From an uncultured bacterium (lineage in GTDB: Bacteria; Verrucomicrobiota; Verrucomicrobiia; Limisphaerales; UBA8199), in NCBI GenBank assembly GCA_963749495.1, contig CAVVMW010000007.1:32001-96000 (forward strand): a DNA stretch of 64,000 bases, read 5' to 3'. Below are positions 5,586 to 15,723 of the stretch, one piece after another. A program made the position numbers and the translations under genes. Within the stretch, counting starts at the first letter, position 1; the number at the start of each line of letters is the position of its first letter. The notes below the pieces were generated by a model. It was not told the origin of the DNA. It was given only the letters and a program-made list of their open reading frames with translations, and did no database searches.

Positions 5586-5617
5586 AACCGGCGGTGTGCC
5601 CTTGGACACCGCCGGTT
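5586..5617. terminator. strong hairpin between the HNH and RNA ligase genes
   Basis: aaccggcggtgt-gcccttgg-acaccgccggtt. Confidence 0.5.
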
Positions 5618-5731
5618 CTACCGAACCGAGAATTCTGACTACCCCAGAGGCTTCGCCCAAAGCAACCTTCGCCAAAGGCGTCTGATTGAACGTGCCAATG
5701 AGCACAGGACATTATAGAAGAACGCTCGGCT

Positions 5732-6472
5732 ATGGGCGCCACCCGTGACGATTTTGTGAAGTATCCGCGCACCCCGCACCTGTTTGGTTCGAGGGGCACG
5801 GACGACGACCGCCATTTGAGCCGCAGGGAGTCGGAGGCCTTCATCCGCGATCCCTCGCTCATCGTGGAAGAGAAGCTGGACGGGACGAACGTAGGGATTC
5901 ACCTCACGAGGCAAGGCCGGATGGTGCTCCAGTGTCGCGGGCATGAGATCCGGGCTGGGATGCACCCGCAGTACGACCTGTTCAAGCAGTGGACGGTGGC
6001 GAAACGACCGGCGCTGGAGGCGATGTTGGAAAATCGCTACATCCTCTTTGGCGAGTGGCTGTACGCCAAACATTCGGTTCAGTATCGGAATCTGCCGCAC
6101 TATTTCTTCGAGTTCGATATCTACGACAAAGAGACGGGCCATTTCCTGGATCTGAAGACCAGGCTCGCCATCCTGAAAGGCACCTCCATCCCCACGGTGC
6201 CGGTCATCCATCGAGGCGCGCTCACGGCGGAGCAATTGCCGCGGCTAATCCAGGCCTCGGCTTTCGACAGCCTGTTTGAAAACCCGACCACCGGCCAGCC
6301 AGACCGTCTCATGGAGGGTCTTTACCTGCGGATCGAAGCGAACGGAACCGTCACCGGCCGCGCGAAATTCGTGCGCATCGAGTTTGTGGAGAAAGTGAAG
6401 CAGAGCGAGCACTGGCAGCAGAGGACGATGGTGCCGAACCTGTTGGCCAAAGGCGCCGACATCTGGAAATGA
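5732..6472 (+). CDS. ATP-dependent RNA ligase family protein
   Basis: KYPRTPHL, motif [33 protein letters not shown]. Confidence 0.9.
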   Translation: MGATRDDFVKYPRTPHLFGSRGTDDDRHLSRRESEAFIRDPSLIVEEKLDGTNVGIHLTRQGRMVLQCRGHEIRAGMHPQYDLFKQWTVAKRPALEAMLENRYILFGEWLYAKHSVQYRNLPHYFFEFDIYDKETGHFLDLKTRLAILKGTSIPTVPVIHRGALTAEQLPRLIQASAFDSLFENPTTGQPDRLMEGLYLRIEANGTVTGRAKFVRIEFVEKVKQSEHWQQRTMVPNLLAKGADIWK

Positions 6473-7590
6473 AGACGTGGAGCGCCGTGCAGGAAGCGAC
6501 CAACGCCGAGATTCTGGCTTGGGCACGATCGCAGCCTTGGGCGCGTGCCATGGCGGCCTGCCCCCAGGACCCGCAATGGCACGCGGAGGGCGATGTGTGG
6601 ACGCACACGCAAATGGTCTGCGCCGAACTGGAACACGCCGGGGAATGGCCTCTGCTGGACCGTTGCTCCCAATTGAAGCTTCTGTTCACCGGGCTTTTTC
6701 ACGATGCCGGAAAACCGGCAACCACCGCGCTCGATCCAGAAACCGGCCGGATCCGCTCTCCCAACCATTCGCAGGCCAGCGCGGAGCTCGCCAGGCGGGC
6801 TTTGCGCGATTTGGGCTGTGACCTTGCGGTTCGGGAAGAAATCGCCCGTTTGGTTCGGTTCCACAGCCGGCCCCCGTACCTGCTGGAGAAGCCCAATCCC
6901 GAGCGCGAGGTCATCTCGCTTTCCTGGTTGGTCAGCAACCGCCTCCTCTACCTCTTTGCCGCCGCCGACACACGTGGGCGGAAGGCCGAGGAAATGGTCT
7001 GGCCGGAGGAGCAGGTCCATCTCTGGAAATCTTTGGCAGAGGAGCACGGCTGTTTTGACCAACCGTATGCCTTCCCCAATGACCAAGCCCGCTTTCTCTT
7101 CTACCGCGACAGGCTCACCAGTTTGCACTACCAGCCGCATGAGAATTATCGTTGCACAGTCACCCTGATGTCGGGCCTGCCCGGCGCTGGCAAGGACACA
7201 TGGCTGGCGCGTCACCGTCCGCAGCTTCCGGTGGTTTCCCTGGATGCGGTGCGCGAGGATCTCGACACGGAGGCCACGGCTAACCAGGGCAAGGTCATCC
7301 AAACAGCGCGCGAGCGGTGCCGGCAACACCTGCGCGCAGGAATGGACTTCGCGTTCAATGCGACGAATATCACCCGCCAAATGCGCCGGCGCTGGATCGA
7401 CTTGTTTGCCGATTACGGCGCGCGCATCGAAATCGCGTATCTTGAACCCGAGTTGGCCACCATCCTTGCCCGTAACAAGCGGCGCAAGCGCCCTGTCCCC
7501 GAGAAGGTGATCCTGGATTTGAGCGGGCAGGCCGAACCCCCGACCGCTACCGAATGCCACAGTTTGGCATATTTCGGGAGCGGGTGCTGA
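6469..7590 (+). CDS. HD phosphohydrolase + P-loop polynucleotide-kinase-like protein
   Basis: [41 protein letters not shown] overlap with the ligase gene. Confidence 0.88.
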   Translation: MKTWSAVQEATNAEILAWARSQPWARAMAACPQDPQWHAEGDVWTHTQMVCAELEHAGEWPLLDRCSQLKLLFTGLFHDAGKPATTALDPETGRIRSPNHSQASAELARRALRDLGCDLAVREEIARLVRFHSRPPYLLEKPNPEREVISLSWLVSNRLLYLFAAADTRGRKAEEMVWPEEQVHLWKSLAEEHGCFDQPYAFPNDQARFLFYRDRLTSLHYQPHENYRCTVTLMSGLPGAGKDTWLARHRPQLPVVSLDAVREDLDTEATANQGKVIQTARERCRQHLRAGMDFAFNATNITRQMRRRWIDLFADYGARIEIAYLEPELATILARNKRRKRPVPEKVILDLSGQAEPPTATECHSLAYFGSGC

Positions 7591-7620
7591 TAATCAACGA
7601 TCCGTAACCTCCAGCCGGCT

Positions 7621-8178
7621 TCAACCGACCGCGTGGAACTCTGCGAGCTTCTTTTCAAACGCCGCATCATCCAATACCGGCGTGGCTCCGTCCGTGGCAA
7701 TATCGCGGTCCAGCGTTATCCAGGATTGGCAGCCGGCGTAGGCCGTGGTCAAAGGGAGTTCCACGGCTTGAGCTAGCCGAAAAACGCGCACGGCCAGCAC
7801 ATGGATGGCCCGGTCTTTGCCCCAGTCAAATCTTCGCTCAATGACCTCGTCTCGCCAGATATGCTGGCCGCGCAGCGCTTCGGCCTGCGAGAGAGTTTCG
7901 AGTCGGCGTGCCTTCACCAGTTCAGCGCTGAGTTCCAGGCGAACCATTTCGGCTGAAACGGGCCGCCGGTGCAGCAGCTCATTCAACCGCGCCTGGGCGC
8001 TGGCCACCACGCACTGGCGCTGCTGGTGGTAGCGCGTGGGGAAAAGCAGGAACCGCCGATGCTCCGGCCGAAAGCCCCCGCGCCCCTCGTGAATTCCACC
8101 CTTGCGCAGCAGGAGGATTTGGTCCCCACGGCTCAGCGTATCCACGACGATTTCCCACTCTTTGAAGGCTACACGCAC
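7621..8178 (-). CDS. DUF1802 family protein
   Basis: AFKEW..G.QILLLRKGGIHEG..FLLFPT..H, YAGCQSW. Confidence 0.85.
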   Translation of the reverse strand: MRVAFKEWEIVVDTLSRGDQILLLRKGGIHEGRGGFRPEHRRFLLFPTRYHQQRQCVVASAQARLNELLHRRPVSAEMVRLELSAELVKARRLETLSQAEALRGQHIWRDEVIERRFDWGKDRAIHVLAVRVFRLAQAVELPLTTAYAGCQSWITLDRDIATDGATPVLDDAAFEKKLAEFHAVG

Positions 8179-8306
8179 GAAACGAACTTAAAGCCGGTGG
8201 CCTGGAGTGTCGAGGTGAGCCGCTTGCGCGCGGAAGAGCGGTTCGTGGTTGGGCTTGCTCTGATCGGCAGCGGCATACAACGCGCGGACACGATCGCCAC
8301 CTCAAG

Positions 8307-9185
8307 ATGGAGGCCTCTCAGACCGCCAGCGACATCGGCGGGCTGGAAAACCTCAAACTCTGGCTGACGATGCGCAGCAAGGCGTTCACCCGCAAGGCCC
8401 GCGAATTCAAGCTGCCCGTGCCGCGCGGCATCCTCTTGGTCGGAATCCCCGGCTGCGGGAAGTCCCTCTCGGCCAAAGCCGCCAGCAATATCTGGGCGGT
8501 GCCTTTGATCCGCTTCGACATCGGCCGCGTGTTTGGCGGCCTGGTCGGCGAATCGGAGAGCAACATGCGGCTCGCCATACAGACCGCCGAGGCGATCGGC
8601 AGTTGCGTTCTGTGGATTGACGAAATGGAGAAGGCCTTTGCCGGCATGGGAGGCAACGGCACCACCGACGGGGGCACCAGCCAGAGGGTTTTTGGCAACT
8701 TCCTGAGTTGGATGCAGGAGAAGACCAAGCCCTGCTTCGTTATCGCCACCGTCAACCGGATCGAAGGGCTGCCCCCGGAACTCCTCCGCAAGGGGCGTTT
8801 TGACGAGATTTTCTTTGTGGATTTGCCTTCGGAGAAAGAGCGTGCGGACATCTTGCGAATCCACATCCAGAAATACGGCCGCAAGGTGGAGGACTTCGCC
8901 GAAGAGGACATCAGCCAGATGGTCGCTGAATCCGCAGGCTTTAGCGGCGCTGAACTGGAGGAGGCCGTGGTCAGCGGCCTCTTCGCCGCCTTCCACCACG
9001 ACCGTGACCTGACCGGAGAAGACATCCTGAAGGCCATCAAGGAGACGAATCCGCTCTCGAAGTCGAAGGCGCCAGAGTTGGAAGCCATGGCGAAATGGGC
9101 TGAGAACAACGCGCTCAACGCCAGCCGGGTCGAGAAGGGCAAAGCCTCCGGCAAAACCGGCGCCGGACGACAATTGGACCTCTAA
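8307..9185 (+). CDS. AAA ATPase (Ycf46-like), N-terminal half apparently missing
   Basis: IGGLENLK, GIPGCGKS, VLWIDEMEK, LPPELLRKGRFDE. Confidence 0.88.
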   Translation: MEASQTASDIGGLENLKLWLTMRSKAFTRKAREFKLPVPRGILLVGIPGCGKSLSAKAASNIWAVPLIRFDIGRVFGGLVGESESNMRLAIQTAEAIGSCVLWIDEMEKAFAGMGGNGTTDGGTSQRVFGNFLSWMQEKTKPCFVIATVNRIEGLPPELLRKGRFDEIFFVDLPSEKERADILRIHIQKYGRKVEDFAEEDISQMVAESAGFSGAELEEAVVSGLFAAFHHDRDLTGEDILKAIKETNPLSKSKAPELEAMAKWAENNALNASRVEKGKASGKTGAGRQLDL

Positions 9186-9210
9186 AGCCCAGAAGAAATC
9201 CCTGCATATT

Positions 9211-9660
9211 ATGTCGCACGTCACCGTCATTGCCGTTGAACTCAAGGATCTGGACGCGCTCAAAGCCGTTTGCGCGGCGCTTGGATTGGAGTTGCGTGAA
9301 AACCAAAAGACCTACCGCTGGTACGGCCATCATGTTGGGGATTACCCCATCCCTGAGGGATTCACTAAAGCGGACTTGGGCAAGTGCGACCACGCCATAG
9401 CCGTCAAGGGCAACCGCGATGCTTATGAAGTCGGCCTGGTCAAGCGGGGCGATGCGTTCATTCCCCTGTGGGATTTCTGGCAGGGCGGATACGGGCTGCG
9501 CGAAAAGATTGGCGAAGGCGGCAGTACGCTCATCTCGGCATACACCAAGGAAGTCGCCGTGAGGAAAGCCCGGCAATTCGCCAAGTCCAAGGGCTGGAGC
9601 TACAGCGAACGACTGGATGCGGCGACACAGGAAACCGTGATCACCCTGAGAAAGTACTGA
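9211..9660 (+). CDS. DUF1257 family protein
   Basis: MSHVT..LKDLDAL, YEVGLV, WDFW; position after the AAA gene. Confidence 0.75.
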   Translation: MSHVTVIAVELKDLDALKAVCAALGLELRENQKTYRWYGHHVGDYPIPEGFTKADLGKCDHAIAVKGNRDAYEVGLVKRGDAFIPLWDFWQGGYGLREKIGEGGSTLISAYTKEVAVRKARQFAKSKGWSYSERLDAATQETVITLRKY

Positions 9661-9662
9661 CC

Positions 9663-9866
9663 ATGCAGGAAATCAAGCTCATCATCGGCAAAGACGGCAA
9701 GGTGAATATCAACGTGGCCAGCGTCAAAGGGTCCGCCTGCCAGGACCTCACCAAGAGCATTGAGACGGCTCTGGGAAGAACTGAGTCCGTCCGGAAGAAG
9801 CCGGAGTTCCATCAACAGCAGGCTGCCAGCGCCAAACAACGCCTTGGCGGGTCCCCGGTGAACTGA
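9663..9866 (+). CDS. DUF2997 family protein
   Basis: I.LIIGKDGKV..V.G.AC..LT..IE.ALG....KPEF. Confidence 0.8.
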   Translation: MQEIKLIIGKDGKVNINVASVKGSACQDLTKSIETALGRTESVRKKPEFHQQQAASAKQRLGGSPVN

Positions 9867-9874
9867 TCTCGAAA

Positions 9875-10132
9875 ATGCCCCAGGAATTACAAATCGTAGT
9901 CCGCGAAGGCGAGATTCGGTTTATCCACCAGGATGACCTGGCCGAAGCATTTCAGGCAGGAAAGGCTGTCACCCGCCGCGCCAGCCATGTGGAGCCGGGA
10001 AACGGCGGATGGAACGTCAACCTCCGGCCGGTCAAAGGACCTGTGCTTGGGCCATTCCATCGCCGGGATACCGCCCTCCAAGCCGAGGAAAACTGGCTTC
10101 GTCAACATTTGACCCCGATCCCGAAGGAGTAA
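9875..10132 (+). CDS. hypothetical protein of the AAA/DUF1257/DUF2997 cluster
   Basis: co-oriented ORF with RRASHVEP...LGPF..R..AL..E motif. Confidence 0.7.
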   Translation: MPQELQIVVREGEIRFIHQDDLAEAFQAGKAVTRRASHVEPGNGGWNVNLRPVKGPVLGPFHRRDTALQAEENWLRQHLTPIPKE

Positions 10133-10743
10133 GTCAATGCCCATCTACATAAACCGCGAAGATCAACACAACAAGTATTGGCAGTACCGGGTGGAGGGCC
10201 TGAGCGTTCACGTCAGTTGGGGACGCATCGGCGGGAATTCTGACAGCCAGGTCAAAACGTTCAGCAACCCGGCAAGCCTGCACGCCTTCGTTGACGGCAA
10301 AGTGTCCGAGAAGCTCCGCAAAGGGTATCGGGAAGCCTCCGAAACCGAACTCAAGAAAGAAGCCCAGACGGCCAAATCACTGGGCATTGAAAACAAGATC
10401 AAGCGGTTGCTCTGGGTGGATCTCAAGAGTAAAACCCTGGCCCTGCTGAACAATTACGATCCGAGCAAATATATCTACGTGGAAGTGCTCAACTCCTGGA
10501 GCAAGGAGGTGACGCGGCTGTTGCTCTCACGCAGCGGGACCTGGCAGCTAGCCCGCATATTTCATAGCCCACCCGGCTTTTCGCGTTTCGGAGGATTTTT
10601 TGGAGACAAATCGGGCTGGGCGGCGCAGTTTTTTCCGTCTGGGCACTGATCAGGGCGCAACGGAGTCTTTAGTCAAACAAAAAGGCTGCCGCTGAAAACA
10701 CCCCTCCCGTGACTCTTGAAACATCGACCCCATTTTTCTGCAC

Positions 10744-12192
10744 TTAGCCCGGGGCCGGCGCCAACGCCATCAGCCGCCGGTGGCACCGCCGAAACAGCGC
10801 TTGCAAGGGATAGGCGCTGCACATCTGCACATAGACCCGGCGCACGCTCACGCGCACCTGGGCCGCGATTTTCAGCAGCTTCACACGCAGGCTCCCAGCC
10901 GTCGCCCGCTCCAACTCCGTTCCCGCCAAGCCCTGCGTGCGCAAGCGCTCCATCAACAGGTAAGCAAACATGGCCTCCCACAATCGAAACTGATTGCTGG
11001 CCATATAATGCGTGCTCATCCGGTCGGCGTGTAAATCCAGCACTTGCTGCTTGAGCAGGTTTTCCATATCGCCCCGGGCGCAGTACAGTTCCTCATAAAG
11101 CCGGGCCGGACTGAAGCGGCTCTGTTGCTCATCCTCATCCTCATCGTTCTTGAAGCCTTCGGCAGGCAGATTGGTCACCACAAACCGTGGGTTTTCCCCT
11201 GCGTTCATCACTTCGGCTTTGCCGATCACCCGGCGCTCCCGACTCCAACTGTCGAGCGTCCGGTATTGAAACTCAGCGAACTGGCGCACGCTGGCCGCAC
11301 CGGTCAGACAGTGACGGGCCCGGGCTTGAGCCAGGGCCGGCCCCAGCTTCTCAATTAACACCGAGTTCTTGGCCAAGCCCAGGCAATAGTAAATCCCCCG
11401 CTGGCTCTCGCACCAAGCCATAATCTCCTGCCGGCCAAAACCGCTGTCCCCGCGCACAATAATCCGCGCCTTGGGGCAACGCTTGCGAATCGCGGCCACT
11501 ATCTTCTCCAGCGCGGGCACCGCTCCGTGGGCTGCCTCGTGCTCGGCGGTGCGCAGTTGCGCCCATAGCGGGAAGTCCCCGACAAAGGCATAGAGCGGCA
11601 GATAACAATAGTCGTCATAGTAGGCGTTGAAGTGCCGCCCCTCCTGAAATCCGTGCAACCGATGGCCCATTGCGTCCAAATCCACCACGATCTCCTTGGC
11701 GCGTTTGGGCAGACAGCGCACCCCCATTTTCAGCAGGCAGGCTTCCACCTTGGCTGGGGCGTGCGGCAGTTTGTGGCAGCGCGTGTCTTTGTTATTGGAT
11801 AATTCCAGCCGGTTGAGTGTGGAGGGCGCCGCCAGCGCGATGCCCCGGTGCTGCGGCAGCACCCTGTCTTGTCCCAGCGGATCGGTCTTGCCGCAGGCGG
11901 CAGCCAGCAGCGGGTCCAAGCGCAGGCGCTGGTGATCCTCAATGTCTTCGTAGCCCAGGGCCGTTCCGAAGATGCGCTGGCGCAGGAGTTCCTGCACCGA
12001 ATGGTCTACCCAGTCGGGGTCACGCAGGTCGTAAAAACATTGCGCCAGTTCCGCCGTCACCCCGAGGTTAGTGTCAACCTGGCGCAGCAGCAGCGCGCCG
12101 GCATCACTGGAGAGGGCGCCGCCGGAGAAATCGGCTTGCACACGGCGAGGACCCAAGTCATCAAAGAGAATTGCTTGATTGGCAACGCACAT
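10744..12192 (-). CDS. IS1380 family transposase (DDE)
   Basis: FSGGALSSDAG, GYED, VDLDA, IVRGDSGF, YCARGDMEN.LK, ANQFRL. Confidence 0.95.
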   Translation of the reverse strand: MCVANQAILFDDLGPRRVQADFSGGALSSDAGALLLRQVDTNLGVTAELAQCFYDLRDPDWVDHSVQELLRQRIFGTALGYEDIEDHQRLRLDPLLAAACGKTDPLGQDRVLPQHRGIALAAPSTLNRLELSNNKDTRCHKLPHAPAKVEACLLKMGVRCLPKRAKEIVVDLDAMGHRLHGFQEGRHFNAYYDDYCYLPLYAFVGDFPLWAQLRTAEHEAAHGAVPALEKIVAAIRKRCPKARIIVRGDSGFGRQEIMAWCESQRGIYYCLGLAKNSVLIEKLGPALAQARARHCLTGAASVRQFAEFQYRTLDSWSRERRVIGKAEVMNAGENPRFVVTNLPAEGFKNDEDEDEQQSRFSPARLYEELYCARGDMENLLKQQVLDLHADRMSTHYMASNQFRLWEAMFAYLLMERLRTQGLAGTELERATAGSLRVKLLKIAAQVRVSVRRVYVQMCSAYPLQALFRRCHRRLMALAPAPG

Positions 12193-12214
12193 GTAGTTAG
12201 TCTATAGGCTAGAT

Positions 12215-12436
12215 ATGAAAAAGCAAGTAAAATATTCACTCAAAGTGCAGGCAATCCGTTCCAAGGGGCAGACCCCCAAGCTCTATGTGTATTTTCCGAT
12301 CCCCCTGGCCGCCGCCATTGGGCTGGAGCCGGGAGAGCAGGTCGAGTGGGAGCTTTTGAACCGAAGCGAACTATATTTGGTGCGCCCGCACGCCCCGCCG
12401 CCGCGCGCTCGTCCCCGCGCTTTGGCAGTCGGCTGA
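12215..12436 (+). CDS. small AbrB/MazE/SpoVT-like protein inside the IS
   Basis: YVYFPIPLAAAIGLEPGEQVEWE pattern. Confidence 0.6.
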   Translation: MKKQVKYSLKVQAIRSKGQTPKLYVYFPIPLAAAIGLEPGEQVEWELLNRSELYLVRPHAPPPRARPRALAVG

Positions 12437-12917
12437 GCGTTCGACACCCTGTCGGTAACCCACCCGCCATCCTGCCAGTGGTCCAGGCCCGGTAAATCCG
12501 GCCCACCATGGCGATTTCATGCCAAATTTCGCGATCAACTATGAAATATGCGGGCTAGGGGAGGGCATCAGCGAGCACGATCGCACCATTTCATTCAGCA
12601 CCCGCAATCCAGTCGTCGGCGAGGGGGAGAGATTTGCCAACACGGTTCGCCAGATGCTCCGCGACATGGCCGTCACGGTCGCCGAGGTGATGAAGACGGT
12701 CAAGTTCGCCGCGGTCGGCGCGCGGAACCTGTTCGACAACGGAGGCGGCGGCGAAGAGGCGCCGGAGCTGGCCGACATCGCCGCCCCCGGTTTTGACCGG
12801 CAGGTCATTTCCAAGTTTGCCGCCCTGGGCCAGCGTTGCCTGGATTTGTGATTCTGGCCCGGACAGGCCGGGGGATTACCGAATGGAAGCGACCAATTCA
12901 GCGGCAAACACAGACGC

Positions 12918-13317
12918 ATGAGCAAGCAAGTCCTCCTTAACCAAGCGGTCCTCGAATTTCACGGCGCCAGCGATTTGCTCTGCGGCATCACCCAAGCCCT
13001 GGAGAAAAAGCTGGGCCAAGCGAACTGGACTGAGTTGCTCAAGCCCCTTCTCCAAGGCATCCCAGCCAAAATCCGAATTGTGGACGTCCAGCGGTCCTGG
13101 ACGCACTCGCCAAAAGCCGGCCAAGACCGGAAGCAGCCGGAAAAGAGGCGCGTTCTGCGTGGGGATTACCCGAATCGGCTACGGCAGCAAGACCTTCGAG
13201 ATTTCAGATGTCACCGCGGCCGAGGCGGCGAAAATCGCCCTTGAGCGGGCCGGCAATTGTGAGTTCACGGAGACGAATTCTGAGTACGAAGTCCTGTTTG
13301 TCCGCGAGAAACCGTAG
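12918..13317 (+). pseudogene. hypothetical, frameshifted or chimeric
   Basis: two overlapping short ORFs, each protein-like in only part. Confidence 0.35.
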
Positions 13318-13452
13318 GCCGTTTCAAGAGCAAAACGCGGTCGCCGGGCGGGGGCGTTTCGACCATTCGGGTGGTTCGCCATGGGCAGCAACCCGACTTT
13401 CGACCAGTTCGGCGGCATCAGAGCGGAACGCGAGCGCCTGCCCTGACTTGCC

Positions 13453-14544
13453 TTAAAGCAACACCAGTTGGTGCTCGCTTGGTTCGCGCAAGCTTGCCAC
13501 CCCCAGTCCGAGCAACCGCAACGGCCTAGACACCAGCTTCTCCCGACCCAATAGAAAGCAACCCAGCCGGTAGATGTCGCCAGCTTCCGTCAGCAGGTCT
13601 TCGACCGTGACCTGGCGTGTAAGGGTGGTGAAATCGCCGTAGCGCACCTTCACCTGGACGGTGTGGGCGCCGAGTCGGCGGTGCTTGAGCCGGGCCGAAA
13701 TGTCCGCCGCCTGGGTCCGCAGGCAGGCCCGGAGCACCTTCCGGTCATCGGTGTCCTGGAGGAAAGTTTCCTCGCCGCTGATGCTCTTGATCTCATCGCC
13801 CAGCTCCAGCGGCCGGTCGTCCTGGCCAAAGGCGAAGCCCTTCAGCTTCGGCCCGAATGAGCCGACGAGGGCACGGAGGTCTCCGGAATAGTCCTGCACA
13901 TCTCCCACCGTCTCCATTCCTGCCTGGCGCAGAATCTGTTCGTTCACTTTGCCCACCCCGTAGAGCGCCCGCACCGGCAGCGGACGCAGGAACTGCACCT
14001 TGTCCTTTTCGGTGATGAGGGTTAGCCCGTCCGGTTTCTGGTGGTCGCTGGCAATCTTGGCCAGCAGCTTGTTGGCGGCAATGCCGATGGTGGCGGTCAG
14101 CTGCCGCTCCGCGGCGATCCGCTGCTTCAACCGCTGTGCCAGCGGCCGGGACCGCAGCAGGGATCCATCGGCATCCTCCGCTTGGCAAAGACCCGACAAG
14201 TCAAGGTAGGCTTCGTCAATCAACATCTGCTCCATCACCGCCCCGGTTTCGGCGACGAGCTTCATGATCTGCCGGGATTCGTCCTGGTAAGCCTCCATGC
14301 GGGGCCTGACAAAGAGGCCTTTCGGGCAGAGCCGGCCCGCCGTGGCACTGGGCATGGCCGAGCGCACGCCGAACTTGCGGGCCTCGTAGCTGGCCGCGCA
14401 CACCACGCCGCGCTGCGTGGGTGGCGCTCCCACAATCACCGGCTGGCCGCGCAACACCGGGTTGTCCCGCTGCTCGACTGAGGCGTAAAACGCATCCATG
14501 TCCAGATGGAAAATGACGCGATGCATCGCCGGAGAGATTGCCAT
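13453..14544 (-). CDS. dinB: DNA polymerase IV
   Basis: HLDMDAFYASVE, AASYEARKFGVRSAM, IDEAYLD, KPDG, C-terminal QLVLL clamp-like motif; start may be 14526. Confidence 0.95.
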   Translation of the reverse strand: MAISPAMHRVIFHLDMDAFYASVEQRDNPVLRGQPVIVGAPPTQRGVVCAASYEARKFGVRSAMPSATAGRLCPKGLFVRPRMEAYQDESRQIMKLVAETGAVMEQMLIDEAYLDLSGLCQAEDADGSLLRSRPLAQRLKQRIAAERQLTATIGIAANKLLAKIASDHQKPDGLTLITEKDKVQFLRPLPVRALYGVGKVNEQILRQAGMETVGDVQDYSGDLRALVGSFGPKLKGFAFGQDDRPLELGDEIKSISGEETFLQDTDDRKVLRACLRTQAADISARLKHRRLGAHTVQVKVRYGDFTTLTRQVTVEDLLTEAGDIYRLGCFLLGREKLVSRPLRLLGLGVASLREPSEHQLVLL

Positions 14545-14822
14545 GTTTACCTGGAAGACAGAAGCCCGACCTCCGAAAACGTCAAACCCGACTATCTGGC
14601 CTGCTCAGGGAAACCGTTTAACGCCGAAGTGCGCCGGGCGGCGTTCGATAAAGTCCTGGGGATGATTGAGAAGGCTTTGTCCTGAACCGGTCCCGGCCGG
14701 CGCAGGATGTTTCGCGCTGCGTGGGGTAGGCCCGGGATGATCCTTCACGGCCAGGGACGCTGCCTGCAAGTCCGCCGGCGCGAATCCGATGACATCGCCG
14801 GGGAACGGTGCGTTATTAAGGC

Positions 14823-15236
14823 ATGCGACGGATTCATGTTCCGACCCTCACCCGGTTCATCCGTGAGGTGCTGGGGTGCAACTGCCCGGATGAGGTTTTC
14901 CGCCGGGTTGAGGCCCAAACCGGCAGTAGCGCCGTCAAAAGCTGCTCCGCCGACTGCGAGATCCGCATCGGTGGCAGACTGCTCGTCGTTGTGACCTCCG
15001 AACCAATGGAGCGTCTGACCGTTTCCCGGATCGAGAACGTGTTCGCGGAGGGGAGGCGCGCCAGAGACGCGGGCGGTTTCAACCGCTTTCGGCTGGTGGT
15101 GCGGTCGGATGCCGCGGCGCAAGAGACGGAAAAGCTCTTGCAATCATTCGAGAAAATCTCCACCCGGGATGAGAAGACGCACCTGCACGTGCTTGGAAAA
15201 CACGAGGTGCCCGATTTCTTCGAGGAAACCTACTGA
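14823..15236 (+). CDS. hypothetical protein
   Basis: ATG ORF, LGCNCPDEVF and GFNRFRLV, protein-like composition. Confidence 0.65.
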   Translation: MRRIHVPTLTRFIREVLGCNCPDEVFRRVEAQTGSSAVKSCSADCEIRIGGRLLVVVTSEPMERLTVSRIENVFAEGRRARDAGGFNRFRLVVRSDAAAQETEKLLQSFEKISTRDEKTHLHVLGKHEVPDFFEETY

Positions 15237-15279
15237 CTGTCGTCTTGTGTCAGGCCTGAGGGAAGATGAAAAATTGCGA

Positions 15280-15633
15280 TTAACACGTCACGTGCAAAAT
15301 CGCAAAGGTCTCCCCGCGTTTTATTAAACCCAGGAGTTGACACGCCTGGTCGGTCGGCACTGCGAGGAGTTTGATCCCACGGCGCTTGGCCTCGGCCTCC
15401 ACAGCCGGCAGTATCGGCAGTTTGCCGTACACCCCAGTGCCAACAATCAGCTGCCTTCCTCCCCAGGGGATGTCCTCCTCGGCAGACAGCGGCGTGTGTC
15501 CGTATTCATCGCGAAAGCGCTTAGAGGCGCTCTTCTTCCGCTTCTTCACCTCGCCCGCTGCGATCACGATATCGTGGTCGTAACGTTCGCCGTCCACTTC
15601 GATTTCTCCGAATCCAAGGACTTCGACTTTCAT
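15280..15633 (-). CDS. Mth938-like domain protein
   Basis: FGEIEVDGERYDHDIVI..IVGTG..G..PT..AC..ILHVTC. Confidence 0.85.
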   Translation of the reverse strand: MKVEVLGFGEIEVDGERYDHDIVIAAGEVKKRKKSASKRFRDEYGHTPLSAEEDIPWGGRQLIVGTGVYGKLPILPAVEAEAKRRGIKLLAVPTDQACQLLGLIKRGETFAILHVTC

Positions 15634-15723
15634 GCCGCTTCCGGTTGCCGCCGCACGATAACCCGCCGCAGGGGAGTTCCGCAAGGCGCGCTCACCCGGC
15701 CCCGTGTCAATTTGACCCGCCAA

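Larger units (their letters stand above)
10548..12558 (-). mobile_element. IS1380-family insertion sequence
   Basis: perfect inverted ends ctagcccgcatatttcatag / ctatgaaatatgcgggctag with CTAG duplicated. Confidence 0.92.
10137..12851 (+). pseudogene. WGR-domain protein split by an IS (10137-10551 + 12559-12851)
   Basis: NKYW...SWGRIG...KLRKGY; removing the IS and one CTAG restores a ~235-aa frame. Confidence 0.85.
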
